Shown here piece by piece: positions 27,867 through 37,305 of a stretch of 64,000 bases of DNA. The position numbers and the translations under genes are program-made. Positions within the stretch are counted from its first letter, which is position 1. Every line of letters begins with the position of its first letter. Source of the DNA: Planctomycetota bacterium (lineage in GTDB: Bacteria; Planctomycetota; UBA1135; UBA2386); the NCBI GenBank assembly GCA_965228735.1, contig OZ245838.1, forward strand, positions 2,720,001-2,784,000. The letters are read 5' to 3'. The notes under the pieces were generated by a model, which did not search any database, was not told the origin of the DNA, and saw only the letters and a program-made list of their open reading frames with translations.

Positions 27867-30395
27867 ATGCGACTCTTCTCCTGCGGAACGATCTTGGTTC
27901 TAGGCCTCGGGCTGACCGCTTGCAGCAGTTCGGGGGAGAGGTATCCGGCGAGCACGCATCCGCATCTCGGGCAGGTGCCGTTCGCGGCCCAACCGGGGAT
28001 GCAACAGTCGGAGTTCTGGCGTCGCGCATCCGACTGCGCGCTCGCGGACTTCGACGGCGACGGGATCGGCGACGCCTATCTGCTCGGCGAAGAGCTCGCG
28101 TCCACGCCGACGCTCTACGGCGCGTTCGTCTACGGCGATCGCGTCGGACGCCACGACGACGGAAACTGGGTCGGCCGGACCTCCCGGCCGAGCGACTGCG
28201 TAGCCGCGGATTTCGACGGCGACGGCCGCATCGACGTCGCGGTCGCGCGCAGCGGCCAGAGCGACGGGCCGTCGTTCGTGTTGTTCAATCGCGGCGCGCG
28301 CCAGTATCAGGAACGCGCAGGTGGCGACTTCGGCGCGGCGGAGGTGGCGTTCACCGCCCTCGCCGCGGCTGACATCGACGGCGACGGCGATGTGGACCTC
28401 GTCGCGACTTGTGGCGCGCCCGACTCGGGCATTCGCCTCTATCGCAACGACGGAACCGGGCGGTTCGCCGATGCGAGTGCCGGACTACCCCGGCAGTCCT
28501 TCGGGTTCGCCCGACTCGTGCTCGGCGACCTCGACGGCGACCTCTTCCCCGACCTCGTCGCGACCGGCTCGGCGCGCACGATCGTGTGGCGCAACGCAGG
28601 CGACGGCACGTTCACCGACATCCCGAGCGCACTGCCGAGCAACGCAGGAGCCGGCGCTGCGGACCTCGACATCCTGCACGCCGACAGCGACGGGGCGCTC
28701 GACATCGTCCTCGCGCAGAACGACGAGGTCCGACTCTGGCACAACGTCGGCGGACTGACGTTCGCAGCGGGCACGACGGTGCCGGGCAACGGCGCGAGCG
28801 TGCGCGCCGCGGATGCGGACGGGGACGGCGACGACGATCTCGCGACGGTGCTCGATGGCACGGTGCGCGTGTTGCACGGCGACGGGACGGGGACCTTCGT
28901 CGAGGTGGCGACCGTCATCGACGACTACGGCCACGAGGACATCACGAAGATCGCCCGCTTCGCGGACCTCGACGGCAACGGCTACGCCGACCTCTTCGCG
29001 ACGGCATCCGATCTCAGGCTCTATCGCGGAACCGCCCCGAACCGTTACACGATCGACGCGCGGTCGCCGTATCTCGAGGTGCCTGGCGCCGCGGACCGCG
29101 TGGTCCTCGGCGACGTCAACGGCGATGGGTTGGACGACGCGTTGATCGGAACCTCGGCCAGCGGGGGTTACGCCTACCGGCTGCACACGAACGGCGGGCA
29201 CTTCCAGCTCCACCCCACGAGCACGACCCTGACGCTTCAAGAAGCGCGGATCGCGGACTTCGACGGCGACGGCCGCGGTGACGTGCTCTCCGACACGGGC
29301 TGGCACAAGAGCCTCGGCAACGAGATCGAGCCCCTGGCACGCCCATGGCCCGTCCCGGACGGAGTTCCCGCAGCGACACTGGACGCCGATCGCGACGGCG
29401 CCCTCGAGGTCGTGCTCGTCCTACCGTCCGAGCTGCTGCTCGTGGAGTACCGTTCCGCAGAACTCAGCGGCGTGTCGCTGTGGGCAACGCCAACGTCGGG
29501 CGTGACCGTCGGGGATCTGACCGGCGACGGGTGGGCGGACATCTTGATCCGAACCGCGGGCAACGAGCTCCGGTTGCTGCAGAACGACGGCACGGGCAGC
29601 TTCGCCGACGCCTCGTCGCGCCTCCCGGCAACATCGAGCGAGGTGATGTCCTTCGCCGTCGCGGACCTGGACGGGGACGGCGACGACGATGTCGTACTCA
29701 CGGACGAGCGGTCTCGCGTCCTGCGCTGGTGGAACGACGGCAGCAACGGCATGCGAAGCGAAGTGACCGAGACGTTCGGCGGCCGAACGATCTGGGTTGC
29801 CGTCGTCGTGGCCACGCCGTTCTCGGGCTCCGGACCGGCGGACCTCGTGCTGTCGCACACGTTCTGGTTCAGCAGCCACTCCGCCACGTCCGTCTATCGG
29901 ATGCGACACGCCAACAGGGCCGGCGGCTACGATGCAGGGGACGTGTTCTCGAGCCCGGCGCTCGGCCACACGATTCAGCTGGCGGACCTCGACGGCGACC
30001 GTGACCTCGACGTGATCGCGCAGTCCTTTGGCGTGCGCACGCTCCCCAACCACCACGTCCACCTCCACTCCACGGGCATCGCGCGCCGCGGACTCGACTA
30101 CGAACTCACGCTCCAACGCGCACCTGGCTACGCGAGCGCACCACAAGCCGCGACGATCGCGATCGGGCTGCCCGGCCCGCCGACGCTCGTGCCCGCCATC
30201 GGCACGTGGTTCGTCGGCACCACGGGGCTGCAGGTTCCGGTCGTTCTGCCCGCGGGCTCGGGCACGGCGTCCGTCCGCTTCCCCGTGCCGGCGACGCTGG
30301 CCCCCGGCGCGGAGATCGAAGCGCAGGCGATGCTGCTCGACGGCGCGAGCAACCCCGTGCGGTTCTCCAACCCGACGCGCGACCTCGTCTACTGA
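27867..30395 (+). CDS. FG-GAP/VCBS repeat lipoprotein (tandem paralogue)
   Basis: LTAC lipobox; DxDGDG repeats collinear with the upstream gene; both end SNPT.D..Y. Confidence 0.9.
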   Translation: MRLFSCGTILVLGLGLTACSSSGERYPASTHPHLGQVPFAAQPGMQQSEFWRRASDCALADFDGDGIGDAYLLGEELASTPTLYGAFVYGDRVGRHDDGNWVGRTSRPSDCVAADFDGDGRIDVAVARSGQSDGPSFVLFNRGARQYQERAGGDFGAAEVAFTALAAADIDGDGDVDLVATCGAPDSGIRLYRNDGTGRFADASAGLPRQSFGFARLVLGDLDGDLFPDLVATGSARTIVWRNAGDGTFTDIPSALPSNAGAGAADLDILHADSDGALDIVLAQNDEVRLWHNVGGLTFAAGTTVPGNGASVRAADADGDGDDDLATVLDGTVRVLHGDGTGTFVEVATVIDDYGHEDITKIARFADLDGNGYADLFATASDLRLYRGTAPNRYTIDARSPYLEVPGAADRVVLGDVNGDGLDDALIGTSASGGYAYRLHTNGGHFQLHPTSTTLTLQEARIADFDGDGRGDVLSDTGWHKSLGNEIEPLARPWPVPDGVPAATLDADRDGALEVVLVLPSELLLVEYRSAELSGVSLWATPTSGVTVGDLTGDGWADILIRTAGNELRLLQNDGTGSFADASSRLPATSSEVMSFAVADLDGDGDDDVVLTDERSRVLRWWNDGSNGMRSEVTETFGGRTIWVAVVVATPFSGSGPADLVLSHTFWFSSHSATSVYRMRHANRAGGYDAGDVFSSPALGHTIQLADLDGDRDLDVIAQSFGVRTLPNHHVHLHSTGIARRGLDYELTLQRAPGYASAPQAATIAIGLPGPPTLVPAIGTWFVGTTGLQVPVVLPAGSGTASVRFPVPATLAPGAEIEAQAMLLDGASNPVRFSNPTRDLVY

Positions 30396-30452
30396 GGACC
30401 GGGTCGACATCTACTGCGTCGACAACAGCGCGCCGCGACCTACCATCGGGCC

Positions 30453-30986
30453 ATGCACCCGTGGCACGACATCGCGTTCGACGAGACGCGCATCGCGACC
30501 GAGTTCCCCGTCGTCATCGAGGTCCCGCGCGGCAGCGTCAACAAGTACGAGCTCGACAAGGACACCGGTCTCCTGAAGCTCGACCGCGTGCTGCACAGCG
30601 CCGTGCACTACCCGGCCGATTACGGCTTCATCCCGCGGACGCTCTGCGGCGACGGTGACGCGCTCGACGTGCTCGTGCTCGGGCAGGAGCCCGTGCACCC
30701 GCTGACGCTCGTCGCGGCGCGCGCGATCGGCATGTTCAAGATGCGCGACGACGCCGGCGACGACGACAAGATCCTCGCGGTGAGCCTCGGGGATCCGGCA
30801 TGGAACCACGTGACGCATCACGACCAATGCTCACCGCACGTGATGAAGCAGGTGCAGCGCTTCTTCCTCGACTACAAGACGCTCGAGGACAAGGAGGTCG
30901 TCGTCGACCGGATGCTCGGCCCGGACGACGCGGTCCTTACGATCGAAGCGGCGCTCGCGGACTACCGGACATCGCGCGCCGGCTGA
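30453..30986 (+). CDS. ppa: Inorganic pyrophosphatase (family I)
   Basis: IEVPRGSVNKYE, YPADYGFIPRT, DGDALDVLV, DDKIL, FFLDYK. Confidence 0.97.
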   Translation: MHPWHDIAFDETRIATEFPVVIEVPRGSVNKYELDKDTGLLKLDRVLHSAVHYPADYGFIPRTLCGDGDALDVLVLGQEPVHPLTLVAARAIGMFKMRDDAGDDDKILAVSLGDPAWNHVTHHDQCSPHVMKQVQRFFLDYKTLEDKEVVVDRMLGPDDAVLTIEAALADYRTSRAG

Positions 30987-30997
30987 TTCACAGCGCC

Positions 30998-31393
30998 TCA
31001 GCGGGACAGCCCGGCGGGCAGCACGACGGTCAGCTCCGGGAACCGCGCCTGCATGAAGCGCAGCGCGTGCACCGTGTGACAGTTCGCGACGTCGGGCACC
31101 TTCGCGGTCGGACAATTGCAGCCGAGCCAGACGTCGCCGCCCCGCGCGAGCTCGGCGAGGCGTCGGAACGGTTCGGGGTCGGCGGCGAAGCGATCGGCGA
31201 GCAACTGCTCATACGACGACGCGAACGCGCGGAACGCCGCGGCCGTCGGCTCGGCGAGCAACGCGGCCACCGCGGCGGCGTCGGGCCGCAGCACGTGCTG
31301 CGTGTGCTTGCGCGTGTCCTGGCGAATCCCGGCCGGCAGCGGATCGTCGGGCGCGCGGCGACCGCGCACGATGCGATAGCGCCCGAGCGTCAC
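30998..31393 (-). CDS. Hypothetical protein, possibly DUF488-related
   Basis: Host-like codon usage; WLGCNC...CHT motif; directly follows the DCC gene. Confidence 0.55.
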   Translation of the reverse strand: MTLGRYRIVRGRRAPDDPLPAGIRQDTRKHTQHVLRPDAAAVAALLAEPTAAAFRAFASSYEQLLADRFAADPEPFRRLAELARGGDVWLGCNCPTAKVPDVANCHTVHALRFMQARFPELTVVLPAGLSR

Positions 31394-31400
31394 CCGCGCC

Positions 31401-31823
31401 TCACGAGGACGCCGGCCGTTCTTCGGCGTCGAGGAACCGCGCGCGGACTTCCGGCGTCGGGACCAGGCAGTTCTCGGCGCGGCCGAACCAGCGGTAGCGA
31501 CGCGCGGCGAACAGCTTGTAGAACCAATCGCGGATCACCGCCGGCACGAGCAGGAACACGCTGAACAACCACCACGGAAAACCGAGGCCGCGCGCGATGC
31601 GCAGCACAGCACCACTGCGCAGCCAGACGCGGCCAGCCGTGATCAGGATGATGGTGTCGGGGACCTCGCCCTCGAAGCCGGCCTCCGCGAGCGCCGCCTG
31701 ACCCGCCGCCGACTGCAGCGACGCGAAGCGGAAGCGCCCCCCGGGGTCCCGCTGCAGCACGAACTGCACGCTGCGGTTGCAGACGTTGCATTCGCCGTCG
31801 AACAGGATCAGGTCGGGAGTCAT
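31401..31823 (-). CDS. DCC1-like thiol-disulfide oxidoreductase (DUF393)
   Basis: LFDGECNVC (DxxCxxC), FASLQS, RYRWFG..C. Confidence 0.92.
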   Translation of the reverse strand: MTPDLILFDGECNVCNRSVQFVLQRDPGGRFRFASLQSAAGQAALAEAGFEGEVPDTIILITAGRVWLRSGAVLRIARGLGFPWWLFSVFLLVPAVIRDWFYKLFAARRYRWFGRAENCLVPTPEVRARFLDAEERPASS

Positions 31824-31899
31824 CGCTATGGGAATGCTACGCCGGCGGGCGAGTTACGGTTCCGCGCCGATCGGTCCCGGAATCGGGCGCACGATCGGC

Positions 31900-32610
31900 T
31901 CACAGACCGCGCGCGGCCAGCATGGTCTCGACGTACTTGGCGAGCACGTCGACCTCGACGTTGACCTTCGCACCGACCGGAAGCTGCCCTATCGTCGTGA
32001 CTTGCGCGGTATGTGGGATGATCGCGATGCGCACGTCGACGCCCGCGTCGGTCACCTCGGGCGGGCCCGCGATCGTCAGTGATATACCATCTAACGTAAT
32101 CGAGCCCTTTTCGACGCAGTAGCGGCCGAGTTCGCCCGGCACGCGCACGCGCCAGTCGCCACCGACCTCGGGGTCGATCCCCGCGACGACCTCGCCGACC
32201 CCGTCGACGTGGCCCTGCACGAGGTGACCCCCGAGCGGCTGGCCGGCCCGCAGCGCCGCCTCGAGATTGAGCCGGGTGCCGGGCTCGACGCTCCCAAGCC
32301 ACGTCCGGTCCAGGGTTTCCGAACTCAGGTCGAAGCCGGCGACCGAGCCGGCGACGGTGACCACGGTGCAGCACACCCCGGACAACGCGATCGAGTCCCC
32401 GAGCCGCGGGGGCGTCGCGAACGCCGCGTCGAGTCCGGGCGGATCGGACTCGGCGCCGGCACCCGGGCCAGCCGCATGGCCGGCCGCGGCGCCGGCGGCG
32501 GCGCCAGCGCCACCACCGACCGCGCCGAGATCGACCTCGACCCGCAGACCACCCGCCGCGGGTCGCACCGCGGTGACCGTACCGATTGCCTGAACGAGGC
32601 CCGTGAACAT
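31900..32610 (-). CDS. ribE: Riboflavin synthase (alpha chain) with Gly/Ala-rich insertion
   Basis: MFTGLV start, GDSIALSGVCCTV, NLEAAL, GGHLVQGHVDG, KGSITLDGISLT, IIPHT, VNVEVD. Confidence 0.95.
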   Translation of the reverse strand: MFTGLVQAIGTVTAVRPAAGGLRVEVDLGAVGGGAGAAAGAAAGHAAGPGAGAESDPPGLDAAFATPPRLGDSIALSGVCCTVVTVAGSVAGFDLSSETLDRTWLGSVEPGTRLNLEAALRAGQPLGGHLVQGHVDGVGEVVAGIDPEVGGDWRVRVPGELGRYCVEKGSITLDGISLTIAGPPEVTDAGVDVRIAIIPHTAQVTTIGQLPVGAKVNVEVDVLAKYVETMLAARGL

Positions 32611-32762
32611 GCGGCCGAGCCTATCGGCCACGACGCCGCCGGAGAACAGTGGACCGCCGGTCCCCGCGCGGTGCCCGACCCGCAAACTTGGCCGTTGCGC
32701 GATCTTGACCACCCCTGGGCCGAACCCTACTCTGGTCCGCCCAATCCTCGGGGCAAAGCACC

Positions 32763-33479
32763 TTGCGCTGCGCCATCCTGACGCTCTTCCCGGCCGCATT
32801 GCGGCCTTATCTGGACGAGAGCATTCTCGGGATCGCGCAGGCCCAGGGCCTGCTGGAGGTCGATCTCGTCGACTTCCGGAATCATGCCTACGACCAACAC
32901 CGAACCGTCGACGATCGACCGTTCGGCGGCGGTCCCGGCATGGTGCTCAAACCCGAGCCGATCTTTGACGCTGTTGAAACCGTGGAGCGCCAGCATGGCG
33001 CGTTCCACAAGATCCTGCTCTGTCCGCGCGGTGCGACGTTCGACCAGCGGCGGGCGCGCGAACTGAGTCAGAAGGAACGACTCATGATTCTGTGCGGCCG
33101 CTACGAGGGTTACGACGAGCGCATCCGCGACGGTCTCGACTGGGAGGAGATCTCGCTCGGCGACTTCGTGCTCGCCGGCGGCGAACTCCCGGCGCTCTGC
33201 GTGCTCGAAGCCGCGGTGCGCCTCATCCCGGGCGTGCTGGGCTGTGCCGACTCGGCGACGCTCGAGTCGTTCGAGTCCGAGCTGCTGGACTACCCGCAAT
33301 ACACGCGGCCGCGCGAGTTCCGCGGCATGTCGGTTCCCGACGTGCTGCTCTCGGGCGACCACGGCGCGGTGGCGAAGTGGCGCAGAGAGCAGGCCCGCAT
33401 GCTGACCTCCCGCAAGCTCGCAGCAACTCGCAGCGACGTGAACGGGAACGGCGATTCCGCGGGCGAGCGTAGTACCTGA
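32763..33479 (+). CDS. trmD: tRNA (guanine37-N1)-methyltransferase
   Basis: LTLFP, VDDRPFGGGPGMVLK, CGRYEGYDER, GDFVLAGGE, YPQYTRP, LLSGDH. Confidence 0.98.
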   Translation: MRCAILTLFPAALRPYLDESILGIAQAQGLLEVDLVDFRNHAYDQHRTVDDRPFGGGPGMVLKPEPIFDAVETVERQHGAFHKILLCPRGATFDQRRARELSQKERLMILCGRYEGYDERIRDGLDWEEISLGDFVLAGGELPALCVLEAAVRLIPGVLGCADSATLESFESELLDYPQYTRPREFRGMSVPDVLLSGDHGAVAKWRREQARMLTSRKLAATRSDVNGNGDSAGERST

Positions 33480-33568
33480 CCGAACTGAACCAATCTTCAT
33501 CACTGACCGCCGACCGGCTGGAGGCCCGCTGCCCTCCCGCCCCCCGGCCCAACGGACTGAATCAACCC

Positions 33569-33991
33569 ATGAACATCCTGCGCCAGATCGAACTCGAGCA
33601 CATGAAGCCGTCGATCCCCGACTTCGGGGTCGGTGACTCCGTGGACGTGCACTACCTCATCAAGGAAGGGGACAAGGAGCGCGTGCAGCTGTTCTCCGGC
33701 ACCGTGATCGCGCTGCAGGGCAGCGGCATCCGGCGCACGGCGACCGTTCGCCGCATCGTCGCGGGCGAAGGCGTGGAGCGCACGTTCCCGCTGCACAGCC
33801 CGCGCGTCGCCGACATCAAGGTGCAGGGCCGCGGCGTCATCCGCCGCGCCAAGCTCTACTACCTGCGCGAGCGCGAGGGCAAGGCCACGCGCCTCAAGCC
33901 CAACCTCGGCAAGCCGCTGCAGCCCCGTTCGGGCAAGGGCAGCGGCCTCGAGCCCAAGCAGGCCGCGGATGCGGCCCCGACGGAAGAATAA
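33569..33991 (+). CDS. rplS: 50S ribosomal protein L19 with C-terminal extension
   Basis: GDSVDVH, EGDKERVQLF, GVERTFPLHSP, RRAKLYYLR. Confidence 0.98.
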   Translation: MNILRQIELEHMKPSIPDFGVGDSVDVHYLIKEGDKERVQLFSGTVIALQGSGIRRTATVRRIVAGEGVERTFPLHSPRVADIKVQGRGVIRRAKLYYLREREGKATRLKPNLGKPLQPRSGKGSGLEPKQAADAAPTEE

Positions 33992-34048
33992 CCGGCCCCG
34001 GCTGCTCTCCGACCCTAGTCCGTTCTGCTCACAGATACTCGGGGCGCG

Positions 34049-34084
34049 CCACCGCTCGCCGAGTCCCCACCGCTCGCCGAGTCC
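34049..34084. repeat. Perfect 18-bp tandem duplication
   Basis: CCACCGCTCGCCGAGTCC twice, between rplS and secDF. Confidence 0.8.
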
Positions 34085-34153
34085 ACTGCACTGAAGCGAT
34101 CGCGCCGACCGACGCGCCAAGCGACGACCCGGCCGCAGCCGCAATCCACGATC

Positions 34154-37100
34154 ATGCTCGAGAACGTTCGCGCACAGCTCATCCTCGTCCTGCTCTCGAT
34201 CGTCGGGGCCATCGTGTGCATCACGCTGTTCCCGCCGCTGTTCGGGCCGGACCTCCAGGGCGGCACGCAGCTCATCTACGAGGTGCCCGAGGACGTCATC
34301 GCCAGCCTGACGTCGAAGAAGGACTCGGGGGTCACCAAGGACGAGATCATGGCGCAGACCGTGACCGTCCTGAAGGACCGCATCGACCCCAACGGCACGC
34401 AGGGCGCGACGGTCAGCCGCAGCGGCGACACCGGCGTCCTGATCGAACTGCCCTACTACGAGGACCCGCAGGAGCTCGACCGCGCGAAGGAGCGCATCGG
34501 CAACCTCGGCAAGCTCGAGATGCGGATCGTCGCGGACCAGGAGTACTCGGGGGCGGCCACGGAGACCGCGGGCGAGATCCGGTTCGACATGAACAAGGAG
34601 AAAGAGCGGCTGCAGGCCTGGCTCGACCAGGAAGGCAACCGCGACGCTCTGATGAGCAGCCGCAAGGAGGTAACGAACGTCCTCCGGCGGTTCAACGAGG
34701 CCGGCCCGGGCGTCGGCCCGCTCGCGTTCCCCCACCTCAAGTGGTACCCGCGGCTCATCGGCGAGGGCCAGAACAAGGGCCAGTGGGACACCTCGTACGC
34801 CGACTCGCCGGCGCTGAGCCAGGCGACGGTCAAGGTCTACACCGACGAGCAGTGGAACAACGGCCTCATCCCCGAGGCGATGTTCGACGCCGCCAAGGAG
34901 CGCGGCGAGGCGCCGTTCGTGATCGAGTTGACCGCGGTCAACATGCACGAGGAACACTTCTCGGGCGAAGACCTCGATCCGGCGTCGGTCAAGCCGACGG
35001 CCGGTGACGGCGGCGGGCTTGCGGTCGCCTACGCGGTGCAGGGCGCCAAGGCCGGCGCCTACGGCGAGTGGTCCGAGAAGTACATCGGCAAGGCCAGCGC
35101 GATCATCCTCAACAACGTCGTCAAGTCGGCGCCGGTGTTCGAGAGCCGCATTCCGGGCAACGGCCGCATCACGGGCGACTTCACGCGCGCCGAGGTCGAG
35201 GAGCTCGTGAAGGTGCTGCGCACGGGCTCGCTGCGCGTCGAACCGGAGTTCGTCAGCGAATACACGGTCGGCGCGACGCTCGGCAAGCAAGCGATCAACA
35301 AGGGCCTGATCTCGCTCGCCATCGGCGGCGTGCTCGTGTTCTTGTTCATGGTCTGGTACTACCGCAGGCCCGGCGTGATCGCGTGCATCACGCTGCTCCT
35401 GAACATGACGCTGCTCTACGCGGCGATGGTGTTCATGCAGGCGACGATCACGCTGCCGGGCCTCGGCGGCATCGTCCTGACGCTCGGCATGGCGGTCGAC
35501 GCCAACGTCCTGATCTACGAGCGCGTGCGCGAGGAGCTCGACAAGGGCAAGGACCTGGTCCGCGCGGTGCGCGCCGGCTTCGAGCGCGCGATGTCCGCGA
35601 TCCTCGACTCCAACATCACGACGTTCCTCGTCGGCATCGTGCTGTTCAACGTCGGTGTCGGCCCGGTGCGCGGGTTCGCGGTCACGCTGATGTGCGGCAT
35701 CGTGATGACGGTGTTCACGCAGTTCTTCGTGACGCGCCTGATGTTCCACTTCGCGCTGCGCAAGAAGTGGCTCGAGGGCTACACCCCGCGCCGCCTGCTC
35801 GGCGCCTCGCACATCAACTTCGTCGGCCGCATCCGTCAGGCGCTCGCGTTCAGCACGATCGTGATCCTCGCGGGTCTGATCTTCGCGTTCACGCAGGTGC
35901 CGCGGAACGTGATGCTCGGCATCGACTTCACGGGCGGCGGCAACCTGCAGATGGTCGTCGCCGAGGCCACGACGGCGGACGCGATCCGCAGCAAGCTCGC
36001 GGCCGATCCGAACTTCTCGAACGACTATCCCAACTGGACGGTCAACACCGTCGGGGAGCTCGACGACCAGCAGCGCACGAACATGTTCAGCGTGCGGCTC
36101 AAGCTCAACGACGAGCAGCGCCAGTCGATCTCCGAGGGCCGCGGCGAATGGCGCAAGCTGCGCCTCGCGCGCCGCGAGGCCAACGAGCCGCCGCCGGAAC
36201 CGTTCGAGCCGCCGTACATCACGACGCTCAAGCAGGTGTTCGACACCGACCTCGTCGAGCCGGCCTCGAGCGCCGAAGCCCTGGTCGAGGTGCCGCGCAA
36301 CGCGAGCCTGCGCTACGCCCAGATCGAGCTGCACTTCCAGGCGCCCGTCAAGGTCGCGGACGCGCAGCAGCAGGTCATCGCGAACAAGCTGCTCGGCGGC
36401 CTCGTCGAGGCGCTGCCGGATCCGACGGCATCCGAGAGTCAGGACGTGCTGCTGCAGTGGCGCGTGACCGAGGACATCCGCGAGTGGGAGCTCTTCGACA
36501 TCGCGAGCGCGGCGTTCGCCAACCTGCAGACGGTCAACGGCAAGAAGGTCATCCTGAGCAACCCGTTCCCGCAGGCGCAGGAGATCCAGGGCAGCCTGGT
36601 CGACGACCTGCGCAACGCGGCGATCAGCGCGCTGATCATCTCCTGGGCGCTCGTCATCTTCTACCTGCGCATCCGGTTCCACGAGTACAAGTACGGCTTC
36701 GCGGCCGTCGTCGCGCTCGTGCACGACGTCCTCGTGACGTTCGGCATCGTCGTCGCAGCCAACTACTTCGGCCTCGTCGAGGCGGAGATCAGCATCTCGA
36801 TGATCGCCGCGTTCCTGACGATCATCGGCTATTCCGTGAACGACACGATCGTGGTGTTCGACCGCATCCGCGAGAACCTGCGCGAGAACGCGAAGGAGGG
36901 TGTGACCGAGCCGATGAGTCCGGTCGTCAACCGCTCGCTCAACCAGACGCTGTCCCGCACGCTCATCACGACCGGCCTGACGCTGTTCGTGGTGTTCGCG
37001 CAGTTCGGCGTGAACTGGGACAGCGGCAGTGAGCTCGGCGCCTTCGCGTTCGCGATGATCGTCGGCATGTTCTCCGGCACCTACTCGACGATGTTCATCG

Positions 37101-37261
37101 CCGCGCCGATCCTCATCAAGATGCGCCAGGAGCAGATCATCATCGAGGACGACGACGACGACGAAGCCGAGAAGGCCAACGCCGAGATCGAGGCCGAGTT
37201 CCAGGCCCGCGCCGCCGCGGCGGCCGAGGCGGAAGCCGAGGCCGGCAAGCCGGCGCAGTAA
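34154..37261 (+). CDS. secDF: Fused protein translocase subunit SecDF
   Basis: GPDLQGG, GMAVDANVLIYER, DSNITT, GIDFTGG, GYSVNDTIVVFDRIRE, RTLIT. Confidence 0.97.
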   Translation: MLENVRAQLILVLLSIVGAIVCITLFPPLFGPDLQGGTQLIYEVPEDVIASLTSKKDSGVTKDEIMAQTVTVLKDRIDPNGTQGATVSRSGDTGVLIELPYYEDPQELDRAKERIGNLGKLEMRIVADQEYSGAATETAGEIRFDMNKEKERLQAWLDQEGNRDALMSSRKEVTNVLRRFNEAGPGVGPLAFPHLKWYPRLIGEGQNKGQWDTSYADSPALSQATVKVYTDEQWNNGLIPEAMFDAAKERGEAPFVIELTAVNMHEEHFSGEDLDPASVKPTAGDGGGLAVAYAVQGAKAGAYGEWSEKYIGKASAIILNNVVKSAPVFESRIPGNGRITGDFTRAEVEELVKVLRTGSLRVEPEFVSEYTVGATLGKQAINKGLISLAIGGVLVFLFMVWYYRRPGVIACITLLLNMTLLYAAMVFMQATITLPGLGGIVLTLGMAVDANVLIYERVREELDKGKDLVRAVRAGFERAMSAILDSNITTFLVGIVLFNVGVGPVRGFAVTLMCGIVMTVFTQFFVTRLMFHFALRKKWLEGYTPRRLLGASHINFVGRIRQALAFSTIVILAGLIFAFTQVPRNVMLGIDFTGGGNLQMVVAEATTADAIRSKLAADPNFSNDYPNWTVNTVGELDDQQRTNMFSVRLKLNDEQRQSISEGRGEWRKLRLARREANEPPPEPFEPPYITTLKQVFDTDLVEPASSAEALVEVPRNASLRYAQIELHFQAPVKVADAQQQVIANKLLGGLVEALPDPTASESQDVLLQWRVTEDIREWELFDIASAAFANLQTVNGKKVILSNPFPQAQEIQGSLVDDLRNAAISALIISWALVIFYLRIRFHEYKYGFAAVVALVHDVLVTFGIVVAANYFGLVEAEISISMIAAFLTIIGYSVNDTIVVFDRIRENLRENAKEGVTEPMSPVVNRSLNQTLSRTLITTGLTLFVVFAQFGVNWDSGSELGAFAFAMIVGMFSGTYSTMFIAAPILIKMRQEQIIIEDDDDDEAEKANAEIEAEFQARAAAAAEAEAEAGKPAQ

Positions 37262-37305
37262 TTCTCCCCCACCCACCCGCCCCATCGCTTCTGCCCGCAG
37301 CTCCG

